Source of the DNA: Cetorhinus maximus
Lineage: Eukaryota
Reading direction: 5' to 3'
Assembly (NCBI RefSeq): GCF_964194155.1
Contig: NC_135901.1
Span: forward strand, 20,274,001 to 20,338,000
Length of the DNA: 64,000 bases
This document shows positions 40,371 through 51,524 of the stretch, piece by piece; position 1 is the first letter of the stretch; each line of letters opens with the position of its first letter. The notes beneath the pieces are model-generated. The model did no database searches. It was not told the origin of the DNA and saw only the letters and a program-made list of their open reading frames with translations. The position numbers were made by a program, and so were the translations under genes.

Positions 40371-40582
40371 GTCAGAACGAACATAGTTCAGTCCTGGCTG
40401 TAATCTGTGAGCGTACCTACACCACATGCTCTGCAGCAGTTCAAGAAGGCAGCTCACCACCACCTTCTCAAGGGTAATTAGGGATGGGCAATAAATGCTG
40501 GCCCAGCCAGCGACACCCACATCCCATAAATGAATTTTTTAAAAGTAGCAGCAGCAATAACAGCAGGATCCAATCTCTGCAG

Positions 40583-41030
40583 TCACATGTGAACTCGTTG
40601 GTTTGTCAGCAGATTGGATGACTGAGGGAATCCCTTCCCACACTCGGAGCTGGCAAACGGCCTCTCCCCAGTGTGAACTCGCTGGTGTAACAGCGGGTGA
40701 GCAGAAAGTGTGAATTTCTTTGCAAACTTGGAGCAGGTGAATGGCCTCTCTCCAGTGTGAATGCGTAACTGAGTTTCCAGCTCAGACAGGGATCTGAATC
40801 CATTCCCACAGTCCCAATATTTCCACGGTTTCTCCATGGTGTTGGTGTTTCCCCAGGTTGGATGATCAGTTAAAGCATCCCCACACACAGTATATGTGTA
40901 TAGTCTCTCCCCGCTGTAACTGTTGCTCAATCTCCTGCTGGCAATTGGGAGGTCTGTGAACTCGCTGGTGTGTCAGCAGGTGGGATGAATGGGTGAATCC
41001 CTTCCCACAATCAGCAGAACCTTCTATTCC
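40583..41030 (-). pseudogene. Short zinc-finger remnant ZF-7
   Basis: MEKPWKYWDC..., about 3 fingers lacking Cys/His ligands; family 3' UTR start at 40580; no promoter or acceptor seen. Confidence 0.8.
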
Positions 41031-41279
41031 TTTCTCCCTCATGTTTATTTAGTTCCCCGCTGTGAGACCCGCATGCTTACCAGGTTCTGGGCTCCGGTCT
41101 TTGAGAATCTGGTACTGCCTGTAGTCCCAGCTGTCCCACCTTCAGCTCATTAACACTCCACTGAGGGTTAAATAGCTTCGGGGCAGCTGACATCAGCAGG
41201 GATGTATTTCCCATTGAATTTTCTGATGGGGTGGCGTGGGCCATCTGAAAAATCCTGCCCTAGAAATTTTCTTTGGCTC

Positions 41280-44200
41280 CTCTTTACCCTGTTGCCTTGA
41301 CTCCCCCACTTTGGACATGGGGACATTGAACCTCAGGGGTTGTGTCAGCACTGGTCCCAGTTGCCCCCTCCCATACCCCAGTTGATTGGAGGTCCATTTC
41401 CCAATCAGTCCTCCAGCACCTTCCTGTCTCTCGATTAGCGCAATGCCCCTGGCAGTTTCCCAACTGGGCTGCAGGCCCCTTTATTTTCAGCCACATTCAG
41501 CCCTAAGCTCTGTCATCTGACTGTCATTGATATGAGCATTAGAGAGACAGAAATGTGGCAGAGTCTCAAATGCGAAGCCAAAATTTGTGGCGCTGAACCA
41601 ACACTTCAACATTTGTCCACCAAATACTTGCTGTTTATATGGGGTTTTTATTTTTAGATTTAGCCACAATAGGCAAAGGTCAACTTTCCCTTTCTAACGT
41701 TGTATGGATTATGGTGTCAGCTGTGACGAAATGGATCACAGTCCCAGCTCTGAGTCAGAAGGTTGTTCGTTCAAGTCCTAGTTCAGGGACCTGAGAACAA
41801 AAATCACACCTGCCATTCCAAGTGGCAGCACTGAGGGAGTGCTGCACTGTTGGAACCGCTGTCTCATGGATGAGATGTTGACCCAAGGTCCTCGTCTCCT
41901 GCCTTGAACAGACTTTGAAGTTTCCACGGCCACTATTTTGAAGAGCAGGGGGGGTTATCCCCAGTGTCCTGGCCAATATTTATCAATCAACATCACTAAA
42001 AACAGATCATCAGCTCGTTATCACATTGCTGTTTGTGGGATCTTGCTGTGTGTAAATTGACTGCCTTTCCTACATTACAACAGTGACTACATTTCAAAAG
42101 TACTTCATTGGCTGTAAAGCGCTTTGGGATGTGGTCATGAAAGACACTATATAAATATAAGTTTTTAAATTTAAGATTTATATTACCTGATCTTGATACC
42201 CTGTAACTTAAATGATTTCACCCACCTGCAACTTGCCCTTTAATGAATTCACTTTGGTTCAGATGAGACTTTAACCAATTAAGGCAAAGGCAGAATTCTA
42301 CACATTCTCAGACTACACTTCAGAAATATTTCATTGGCTCTAAAGCGCTTTGGGATATCCTGTGGTCGTGAAAGATGCTGTAGAAATGCAGGGTTTTAAA
42401 TTTATGTTACCTGATCTTGATACCCTGTAACTTAATTGATTTTATCCACCCCCAGCTTGCTCTTTAATGAATTCACTTTGGTTCAGACAAGACTTTAACC
42501 AATTGAGGCAAAGGCAGGATTCTCTGGATAGGAAATTTAAAATGAAGTTTATTAAAAGAAAAAGGTTTACTCAACAACTTTAAGATATTGACTTTTACAA
42601 CATCATGTGGGTGATCAGTCCGTAGAAGCGTAACCCTCTCTGGCTCCTTCTTTGACAGTAATTCTTGTGCAATTCAGCTTCTGGAGTCTGGCCCCTTGTT
42701 TGACAGTAATTTGCTCGGAACTTGGTCTCGGGAATCTTAAGTACTTGGCTAGCATGGAAGACCTTGGAACATTTACTTTTATTCTCTAGTCTTTTACTAT
42801 AACAATTGATTCATTATTGATTCATTAATTGTAACTCAATTAAGGCTCATGACTTATTTAATCACCTGTTGCTGACTGCTAGCTAATGAATACAGTAATA
42901 TTTCATTAATAGATATTGTGAATACAAGATAGAATAGCATTCTTATTTACTAATCATGACCGGATTGAACAATGAGCCTTATTCTTGAGATGGACTTTGG
43001 CAGAATATGATGTCCTGTCGCTTATCAAAATTGGAAAAGAATTTCTTTGTATAAAGAATTTCTATTGGGTCTGCAGCCTCAGGAAACATTTCGGTTTATA
43101 CAATGTTAATTTTGAAAACAAAGATCCAGCCTTTACAATGTTGTTATCTATTACATCAATTCATTAACGATAACTTCATCAAGGTTCATTACTGAAACCC
43201 ATTAAGTACAGATTGATTTTGTAATTAAGAAGTTACAGAATGTGAGAAGACTGCAAGAAACCCATGTTCCAGTTTAAAATGGCTTCCTTGGCCTTGTTAC
43301 TTATAACAGTGAATATATTATGAAAGTGATTAATTTTTGAAACAAAATTGGACGACCCCAGCCTACATATAGTTTCCTACATTACAACATCAACTACACT
43401 TAAAAAGTCCTTCATTGGCTGTAAAAGGCTTCAGGATGAAGGCAGAGCTAGATATATTCTTGATAAGCTAGGGGGTGAAAGGTTATCGGGGGTAGGCAGG
43501 AATGTGGAGTTGCGGTTACAATGAGATCAGCCATGATTTTATTGAATGGCAGAGCAGGCTCGAGGGGCTGAGTGGCCACAGCTGCTGCCAATTCATATGT
43601 TCATATGACTTTTTGTGGTCGTGAGAGGTGCTAAAGAAGTGCAATTTTTTTTCCTAATTCTCCACAAATTTGGATATATTACACTTGGTCCCCACGTCAA
43701 AGTATTTGATAAAGGTTAAGCCCTAATTTTGTGTAATAACCTGGTTTTTGACACCATCTCAAATGCTCTGTGAAAATTCAAACACACAGCATTGTGGTTA
43801 TTTGGTTTAATACACAGCGAATGATTGTGATTTGCAATACGATGCCTGCAAATTGTGCAGGAAGCAGATTCAACTCTTGTCTTTCAAAAGGGAACTGGAT
43901 AGAGTCTTGAAAGGAAAAGAAAATTACAGGATGATGGGATTAATAGGGTAGTTCTTTCAAAGGGCTGCATGGGCACGATGGGCTGAATGGCCTCCTTCTG
44001 TGAGCCTCATGTGCATTGAAAGCGAGTGATAATGATGTGGATCCCACGTTCGGTGAGGGTGGTAGAAGCAGGGATGATGCAATGATTTCAAAAGGAAATT
44101 TGGGGATAGAACAGGGCAATGGGGCTGACTGATTTGCTCTGAGAGCCAGAATGGACTCGATGGGCCTAATGGCCTCCTTTTCTCTGCCCTAATGACTCAT

Positions 44201-45165
44201 CTAAAGAGAGAAATTTCAGTTACTCCAGTCTCTCCAAGAAAGTGAACTCCCTCATCTCTGGTGCCATTCTTGTAAATCGCCGCTGCACCCTCTCTAAGAA
44301 CTACACATCTTTCCTTGCATTTTGAGCTCATATTTAGGGTTCTTTATCAGGGACAGAAATGAAGAGCAGGGAGGTAATGTTCAACTTGTTTTGAACCGTG
44401 GTTAGACTACACTGGGAGGACTGTCAACATTTGTGATCTCCATTTAGAAAAAGGAAATAGAGGCACTGGAGAAGGGGCACCGAAGATTCACAAGAATAAT
44501 CCCAGAACTGAGAGCATTTAACCCTCAGAAAAGGCTGCGGCTGCTTTTCTCTAGAAAAGAGAAGACTGGAGGAAGGGTGACCTGATGGAAGTCTTTAAGA
44601 TTATGAAGGGGTTCAATAATCCAATAGGGATTTCATGAGAAACATCTTTCCACAGTGAGTGGTGAGAATGTGCAACTCACTACCACAGTGAGTGGTTGAG
44701 GTGAACAGCATGAATACATTTCAGGGGAAGCTAGATACATACATGAGGGAGAAAGGAATAGAAGGAAATGCTGATGGGGGAGATGAAGAGAGTTGGTGGA
44801 TGCTCATGTGGAGCATAAATACTGACATAGGCTAATTGAGCCGACTGGCTTGGCCCCGTGCTGTAGACGCAATAGAACAAAAACAAATGTATTTATTTCA
44901 GATTGCCTGTAGTGGTAGGATAAACACAATTTACAACCCAGGATAAAATATGTGTCTTTCATCAGCTTTTGTGGGTCATTTCATTGGAAATGTGCCCTCC
45001 CAGGCTCAAAGAGCATCAGCCCACTGGAAGCAAAGTTGTGAGACTGGCCAGTCCAGCAGAAAGAAACCCTTCAACCGTCCCACTTCACCATCTGTTAGAA
45101 TGAACATGGTTCAGTCCTGGGTGTGAATAACAGCAGCAATAACAGCAGAATCCAACCCCTGTAAT
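41280..45165 (-). repeat. Right arm of the inverted segmental duplication; includes a tandem duplication of about 240 bp at 42070-42530
   Basis: Homologous to 35270-38800; repeated ttacctgatcttgataccctgtaactta...taatgaattcactttggttcaga. Confidence 0.85.
41715..42165 (+). mobile_element. Near-complete Deu-domain SINE
   Basis: tRNA-like head (gttcaagtcc) and cacattgctgtttgtgggatcttgctgtg...ttcattggctgtaaagcgctttggg. Confidence 0.75.
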
Positions 45166-46343
45166 CACTTGTGAACTCCATGGTGTCGCATCAGCTGTGA
45201 TGACCGAGTAAATGCCTTTCCACACTCCGAGCAGGTGAATGGCCTCTCCCCGGTGTGAACCCTCTGGTGTGTCCGCAGGTTGGATGAATGACTGAATCTC
45301 TTCCCACACTCATAGCAGCTGAACGGCCTCTCCCCGGTGTGAACACGCTGGTGTGTCAGCAGGTGGGATAACTGAGTGAATCCCTTCTCACACTCAGAGC
45401 AGGTGAACGGCCTCTCCCCAGTGTGAACTCGCTGGTGTTTCTGCAGATTGGATGAATCAGGGAATCTCTTCCCACACTCGGAGCAGGTGAATGGTCTCTC
45501 CCCAGTGTGAACTCGCTGGTGTGTGAGCAGATGGGATGAATCACTGAACCCCTTCCCACACTCGGAGCAGGTGAACGGCCTCTCCCCGGTGTGAATTCGC
45601 TGGTGCATCAGCAGGTGGGATGACCGACTAAATCCCTTCCCACATGTAGAGCAGGTGAATGGTCTCTCCCCAGTGTGAATTCGTTGGTGCATCAGCAGGT
45701 TGGATGAATCACTGAATCCCTTCCCACATGTAGAGCAGGTGAATGGTCTCTCCCTACTGTGAACTCGCTGGTGCATCAGAAGGTTAGATGAATCAGTGAA
45801 TCCCTTCCCACACTTGGAGCAGGTGAACGGTTTCTCCCCAGTGTGAACTCGCTGGTGCCTCAACAGGTTTGATGAATCACTGAATCCCTTCCCACACTCA
45901 GAGCAGGTAAATGGTCTCTCCCTGGTGTGAACTCGCTGATGTGACTGCAGATGGGATAACTGAGTGAAACTCTTCCCGCAGTCAGAGCAGGTGAATCGCC
46001 TCTCCCCACTGTGGACTCGCTGGTGCATTAGCAGGTTGGATGAATCACTGAATCCCTTTCCACACTCAGAGCAGGTAAATGGCCTCTCCCCAGTGTGAAC
46101 TCGCTTATGCGTCTGTAGGTGGGATGAACTAGTGAATCCCTTCCCACACACGGAGCAGGTGAATGGCCTCTCTCCGGTGTGAAGTCGCTGGTGTGTCTGA
46201 AGGGAGGATGAATGAGTGAATCCCTTCCCACATTCGGAGCAGGTGAATGGCCTCTCCCCAGTGTGACTGCGTCGATGAGTTTCCAGTTGATATGGGAAGT
46301 TGAATCCTTTTCCACAGTCCCCACAATTCCACGGTTTCTCCAT
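45165..46343 (-). CDS. C2H2 zinc-finger protein ZF-8 (14 fingers, 392 aa)
   Basis: Intact ORF of 14 x 28 aa; Kozak ACCATGG; acceptor at 46705-46706; exon-1 donor at 47347. Confidence 0.92.
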   Translation of the reverse strand: MEKPWNCGDCGKGFNFPYQLETHRRSHTGERPFTCSECGKGFTHSSSLQTHQRLHTGERPFTCSVCGKGFTSSSHLQTHKRVHTGERPFTCSECGKGFSDSSNLLMHQRVHSGERRFTCSDCGKSFTQLSHLQSHQRVHTRERPFTCSECGKGFSDSSNLLRHQRVHTGEKPFTCSKCGKGFTDSSNLLMHQRVHSRERPFTCSTCGKGFSDSSNLLMHQRIHTGERPFTCSTCGKGFSRSSHLLMHQRIHTGERPFTCSECGKGFSDSSHLLTHQRVHTGERPFTCSECGKRFPDSSNLQKHQRVHTGERPFTCSECEKGFTQLSHLLTHQRVHTGERPFSCYECGKRFSHSSNLRTHQRVHTGERPFTCSECGKAFTRSSQLMRHHGVHK

Positions 46344-47341
46344 GGTGTTGGTGCCCTTGTGTCTCTCCCAGTTTGATGATCAGTTGAAGCCTCGTCCACT
46401 CACAAAACACCTGTATGGTCTCATCCCACTGTGACTGGTGGTGGTTTTTTCAGGCTGTGTAACTGGTTAAAATTCTTTCCACAGTTATACACTGGAACAC
46501 TCTAACTTGGGTGTGTGTGTCTCACTGCTTTGCCAGTCACACCGATGTTTAAATCTTTTAAAGCAGACAGAACAGACAAATATTTCTCCTCCTGGATTCA
46601 AAGACCGGTGGTGTTCAGGTCCTGATGAAACGAGTGACTCTGTCAGATCTTGAAGTGATGCTTGATTTGAGATTTCCCTCTGCAAATCCTCCCCTTCTAG
46701 TATCCTGTAAAGGGAGTATACAAAAGTCATCACTGTCAGTACAGAATAGACATTCTGAACAGACAATTCTAGCTCCTAAGGAAAATTCTATCCTCTGTCT
46801 ATTCCCAAAAGCTATCAATCTCCACCCTACACATTCTCCCTCCATTCTCATTCTGCAGTACCTATTACACACCCTCCCAATTCTGATGTAAAATGTGTAC
46901 ATATAGTTATTGTTGTATATTACATACATTTTAGTCCATTTTATATGACTAGAAACACATTACAAGAATAAAAATAATAATAAATGTACATTATTAGGGA
47001 ATCAGAATTAAAATGTCTAAAAGTCCCATATAACAACACTAGATATATCTTTGTCCGACGTTAATTTACTGTCCCCTTAAATGTCAGCCGTCCCATGGGG
47101 AAACCACCCCGTTAATTGTGAACATTAGGAAAGAGACCATCCTTTTAGCCAGACAAATAAATGTGTCAAGCTGAGGGAGGAAAGGATGTCAATGTCTTTA
47201 AGAGAGTGAGAGACCTGGACCAACCTTTCCAGAATCTGCACCCTCCCTGGATTCACTTCCTTTCTCCTCAGTTCCTACAACTCAACAATTTAAACCCAGA
47301 ATTAGAAAAGAAATGGAAAGGGGGAGAAAAGAAAGTGTTTT

Positions 47342-47904
47342 ACTCACGGATGTTGGACACAGGAGGAAGTTTAGTCCGTGTGAAGCTCAATCTTCATTTA
47401 CACAAAGCAGGCGCTCTGATTGGCTGGAGGACAACAGTCCCTCCGGTGCTTCCTGCCGTCAACCGGTTGCCTGGAAACCTCGGCTCGAGAAGGTGTAGGG
47501 GGAGGGGGAGGGGGACAATGGGCGGGGGCGGCGCTCCCGTGTCCGCGCGCCTGGCCGACTTGCTGGTTTCGGCAGTGTTGCGTTGTGGACGTCACAATGA
47601 CTCAGTGGTTCGTCCCCAGCACGCGGTGTCCCATTGGGAGCAATATGACTGGTTACAGAAGCAAATTACTGGGGATTGGACAACAGCTCAGCGCGTCTCG
47701 AGGTCAAAGTCTCTCCCGCTCCCACGTGGGCTCGGGTTCCGCTTCCATATTGTCTTCAGGCGGGGCGGAGGCGGTGTAATTCGCAGTGGTGAACCGGAAG
47801 GATTCCGATCATCCAACCAATCAGGGCGCGAGCTTTGTGCCAATGGCTCCACGGAGCTTCCTCTATTGTCTGAATGCTGAGGTTGGACAATGAGTTTGTA
47901 AACC
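47342..47904. promoter_or_regulatory. Bidirectional CpG-island promoter of ZF-8/ZF-9
   Basis: CCAAT blocks at both ends, X-box-like site at 47466, GGACGTCAC, GC boxes, CCGGAAG. Confidence 0.7.
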
Positions 47905-48038
47905 CAAGATAAAAGCAAAATACTGCGGATGCTGGAAATCTGAAACATCAGAAGAGTCATACGGACTCGAAACATTAACTGTTTTCCTCTCCGCAGATGC
48001 TGTCAGACCTGCTGAGTTTTTCCAGGTATTTTTGTTTT
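47905..48038. mobile_element. Penelope-derived inverted insert with a 14-bp TSD
   Basis: TGAGTTTG(T/G)AAACC at 47891-47904 and 48039-48052. Confidence 0.75.
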
Positions 48039-48199
48039 TGAGTTTGGAAACCTGTTCATTGCTGCCCAGCAAAGCTGCTGGTGCTCTGGTGCTGCTCCTC
48101 TCTCTCTGAATGCACCCAATTTAATTTTGAAATTATTTGTCTTTGCTTCCACCATTCTCATAGGCAGAGTCCCAGATTATGACTGCTTGCTCTCACAGT

Positions 48200-48635
48200 A
48201 TCATAGTATCTTTACAGTGCAGAAAGAGGCCATTCACCCCATCAAGTCGACACTGGCTCTCTGAAAGACCATTCCATGTAGCCCCATTCCCCTGCCTTAT
48301 CCCTGTAACCTCGCACATTCTCAGCCTTGAATATACTTAACAACCCAGCCTCTACAGCCCTCTGTGGTAAAGAATTCCACAGACTACCCTCTGAGAGAAG
48401 AAATTCCGCCTCATCTCTGTCCTAAATGGGCGACCCCTTATTTTGAGGTTATGCCCTCTGATCCTAGACTCTCCCACAAAGGGAAACAGCCTCTCAGCAT
48501 CTACCCTGTCAAGCCCCTTAAGAATCTTATATGCTTCAATAAGGTTGCCTCTCATTCCTCCAAACTGCAATAAGTACAGGCCCAACCTACTCAACGTCCC
48601 CTCATAAGAAAATCCGTCCATATCTGGGATTAACC
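48200..48635 (-). mobile_element. CR1 LINE 3' fragment
   Basis: ORF 48352-48621, RGNLIEAYKILKGLDRVD. Confidence 0.85.
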
Positions 48636-49176
48636 TGCTGCTGCTTCAGGAGAATTGGGAGAGTAAATATTCAGTACAGCAAAGTGAGAATGGAGAGTGT
48701 GTATCTGGGTCAACTTTTAGGGAATGAGAGAGGAAAGAATTTTTGTTAGAAACTAGAATTGTTTGTTCTGAATTTCTGTCTGGTACTGACAATGCTGACT
48801 TTTGTAAACTCCTTTTACAGGCTATTAGAAGGGGAGGATTTGCAGATAGAAATCTCAATCCAAATGTCATATGAAGATCTGACAGAGTCACTTAATTGAT
48901 TGGGACCTGAATATCATCGACGTTGAATCTAGAAGGAGAAATATTTGCCTGTTCTGTCTGCTTCAAAAGGTTTTAAATATTAGTGTGACTGGGAAAGCAC
49001 TGAGACACGCACACTGGCATGTTCCAGTGCACTGATTGTGGAAAGAACTTTGACGAGTTGTGCAGTTGAAAGAAAATCACAGATTTCACAGCATGGAGAG
49101 ACTGCACCCCTGTTCTGTGTGGGGGCAAGGCTTCAGCTGAGTGTGGAACCTGGAGAGACACAAGGACACCCGCACC

Positions 49177-49926
49177 ATGGAGAAACCGTGGAAATGTGGG
49201 AAGGGATTCAGATCCCCTTCAGAGTTGGAAGCTCATCGACGCAGTCACACTGGGGAGAGACCGTTCACCTGCTCTGATTGTGGCAGAGGATTCAGATCCT
49301 CATCTAAACTGGAGATTTATCTATGCAGTCACACTGGGGAGAGACTATTCACCTGCTCTGAGTGTGGGAGGGAATTTATTCATTCATCCCACTTACGGAC
49401 ACACCAGTGATTTCACACCAGGGAATGGCTATTCATATTCTCTGAGTGTGGGAAGGGGTTCAGTCATTCATCCGCCCTGCTTATGCACCAGCGAGTTCAC
49501 ACTGGGGAGTGACCGCTCACCTGCTCTGACTGTGGGAAGGGATTCAGTGATTCATTGAGCCTGTGACTGCACCAGTGAGTTCACACTGGGCAGAGGCCGT
49601 TTCAGCTGCTCTGACTGTGGGAAGGGATTCAGTGATTCATCTCACCTGCAAACACACCAGCGAGTTCACATTGGGGAGAGACCACTCACTTGCACCAAGT
49701 GGGGGAAACAATTCACTCAGACATCCAGCCTGCTGACACACCATGTCACTCACACCAGTGAGAGACCCTTAAATGTTTTGACTGTGGGAGTGAGTTCAAA
49801 AGTGCTGCAAGTCTGACGGTCCACCAACGCATTCACACTGGAGAGAGGCCATTCACCTGCTCTGTGTGCGGGAAGAGATTCACTCAGTCATTGCGCCTGC
49901 TGAGGCACCAGGGAATTTACAAGTGA
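49177..49926 (+). pseudogene. Zinc-finger pseudogene ZF-9
   Basis: [11 protein letters not shown] (deleted Cys pair), multiple TGA stops and frameshifts; acceptor at 48820; well-preserved family 3' UTR. Confidence 0.85.
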
Positions 49927-51276
49927 TTACAGGGGTTGGATTCTGCTGTTATTGCTGCTGTTAATCACATCCTGGACTGAACCATGTTCATTCTGACAGT
50001 TGGTGAAGTGGGAGGGTCGGAGGGGTTCTTTCTGCTGGACTGGCCAGTCTCACAACTTTGCTTCCAGTGGGCTGATGCTCTTTGAGCCTGGGAGTGCACA
50101 TTTCCACTGAAATGATCTACAAAAGCTGATGAAGTACATTTATTTTATCCTGGGTCGTAATTAGTGTTTTTCCTACCATTATAAGTAGATCTAAAATAAA
50201 TACATTTGTCTCTGTTCCATTGAGTCTACAGCACAGGGCCAGGCTGTCGGCTCAATTGGTCTGTGTCAGTATTTATGCCCCACATGAGCCTCCACCCGCT
50301 CCTCTTCATCTCCCCCATCAGCACACCCTTCGATTCCTTTCTCCCTCATATATGTATCTGGCTTCCCCTTAAATGTATTCATGCTGTTCACCTCAACCAC
50401 TTGCTGTGGTAATGATTTCCACATTCTCACCTCTCGCTCGGTAAAGAGGTTTCTCATGAAATCTTTATTGGATTTTTGAACCCCTTCATTATCTTAAAGA
50501 CTCATTGCCTGAGTTTGATTCCCTGTCAGGGAAACACTCTTTCTTGGCGCTGTGAAGACTGTCACCATTAACAGGAATTGCTTATGAAATGAAACCACTT
50601 CTGGCTGTCCCTGTGGGGTGAGAAACAGAGTGAGTCTTCCGCTGGGTGACTCTTCATCAGAGCTGGGAAAGTCAGAGATGCAGCAGGTGGAAAACAAGTG
50701 TGGAGGTGGAGGGAGGGAGTGAGAGGACAAAAGGGAAGGGCTGTGATAGGTTCCAAGACATGAGAAATAAACTGACTGAAGAGATGATGGCGCAGTCTAA
50801 CGGTGGGTGGAAATGGGGCAGATTTTAATTCGCTTAAACTGTTTAAACAGGCACAAATATCACTCCTGGTCAACCAATCACAGCTGCTCTTTCAAAGCAG
50901 CACGCTGGGCCGAATTGCCTCTTTCTGTGCTTTAACTATCTAGGCTATGGGCCAAGTGCTGGTAAGTGGGATTAGGTAGGTAGGTCCGGCGTTTATCACG
51001 TGTTGGTGCAGACTCGATGGGCCAAAGGGTCTCTTCTGAACTGAGAGATTCTGTGATTCTGTGAATTGTTTCATTTCCATCCCCACTTCTGCCACCTTCA
51101 CAGTCATTTGATCTTCTTACAGCCCACCACAGAAAGATATACGTTCTTCAGCTCATGTGACATCACCGCACTGAGCAAATTCTTGTCATTTCACATGAGA
51201 TTTGGAATCAGATCGGGAAGGTTCTTATTCCACTTACCAGATCAGTAATTCTACAGGTATTTGGAATAATAAGAAG

Positions 51277-51359
51277 CACAGTCAGTCGGATTGAAACCTG
51301 CCACGAGGTGACCCCAATGGATTTCAAAACCATCACCTTAACCACTCAGCCATGAGTAC
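51277..51359 (-). pseudogene. tRNA-Ser(TGA) pseudogene
   Basis: gtactcatggctgagtggttaaggtgatggttttgaaatccattggggtcacc...gcaggtttcaatcc matches vertebrate tRNA-Ser(TGA) with many substitutions. Confidence 0.8.
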
Positions 51360-51524
51360 AGCACATGCTTGGCCCCTCATGCTGTTCATATAAAATCATG
51401 GAATGATTGCAGAGAAACCGGGGAATTCAGCCCATCCCATTCCTGCCATTTCCATCATCTTTTCCCTGCCATCGGAAAATTTAAAAATAGAACAATCTAT
51501 CCATCTCCACTCTGAATACCGGAC

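Noticed and set aside
45165-46343. 84-bp periodic repeats as a CRISPR-like array
   Set aside because: They are coding C2H2 finger repeats in eukaryotic DNA, with no cas genes.
4030-47400. ZF cassette as a self-mobile transposon
   Set aside because: No terminal repeats, TSDs or transposase around the cassettes. Introns and shared flanking TE insertions indicate segmental duplication.
47161-47880. 239-aa ORF across the promoter, and similar ORFs at 16379, 56960 and 61210
   Set aside because: GC-rich stop-poor sequence; the frame is not conserved in paralogous promoters; no recognisable domain.
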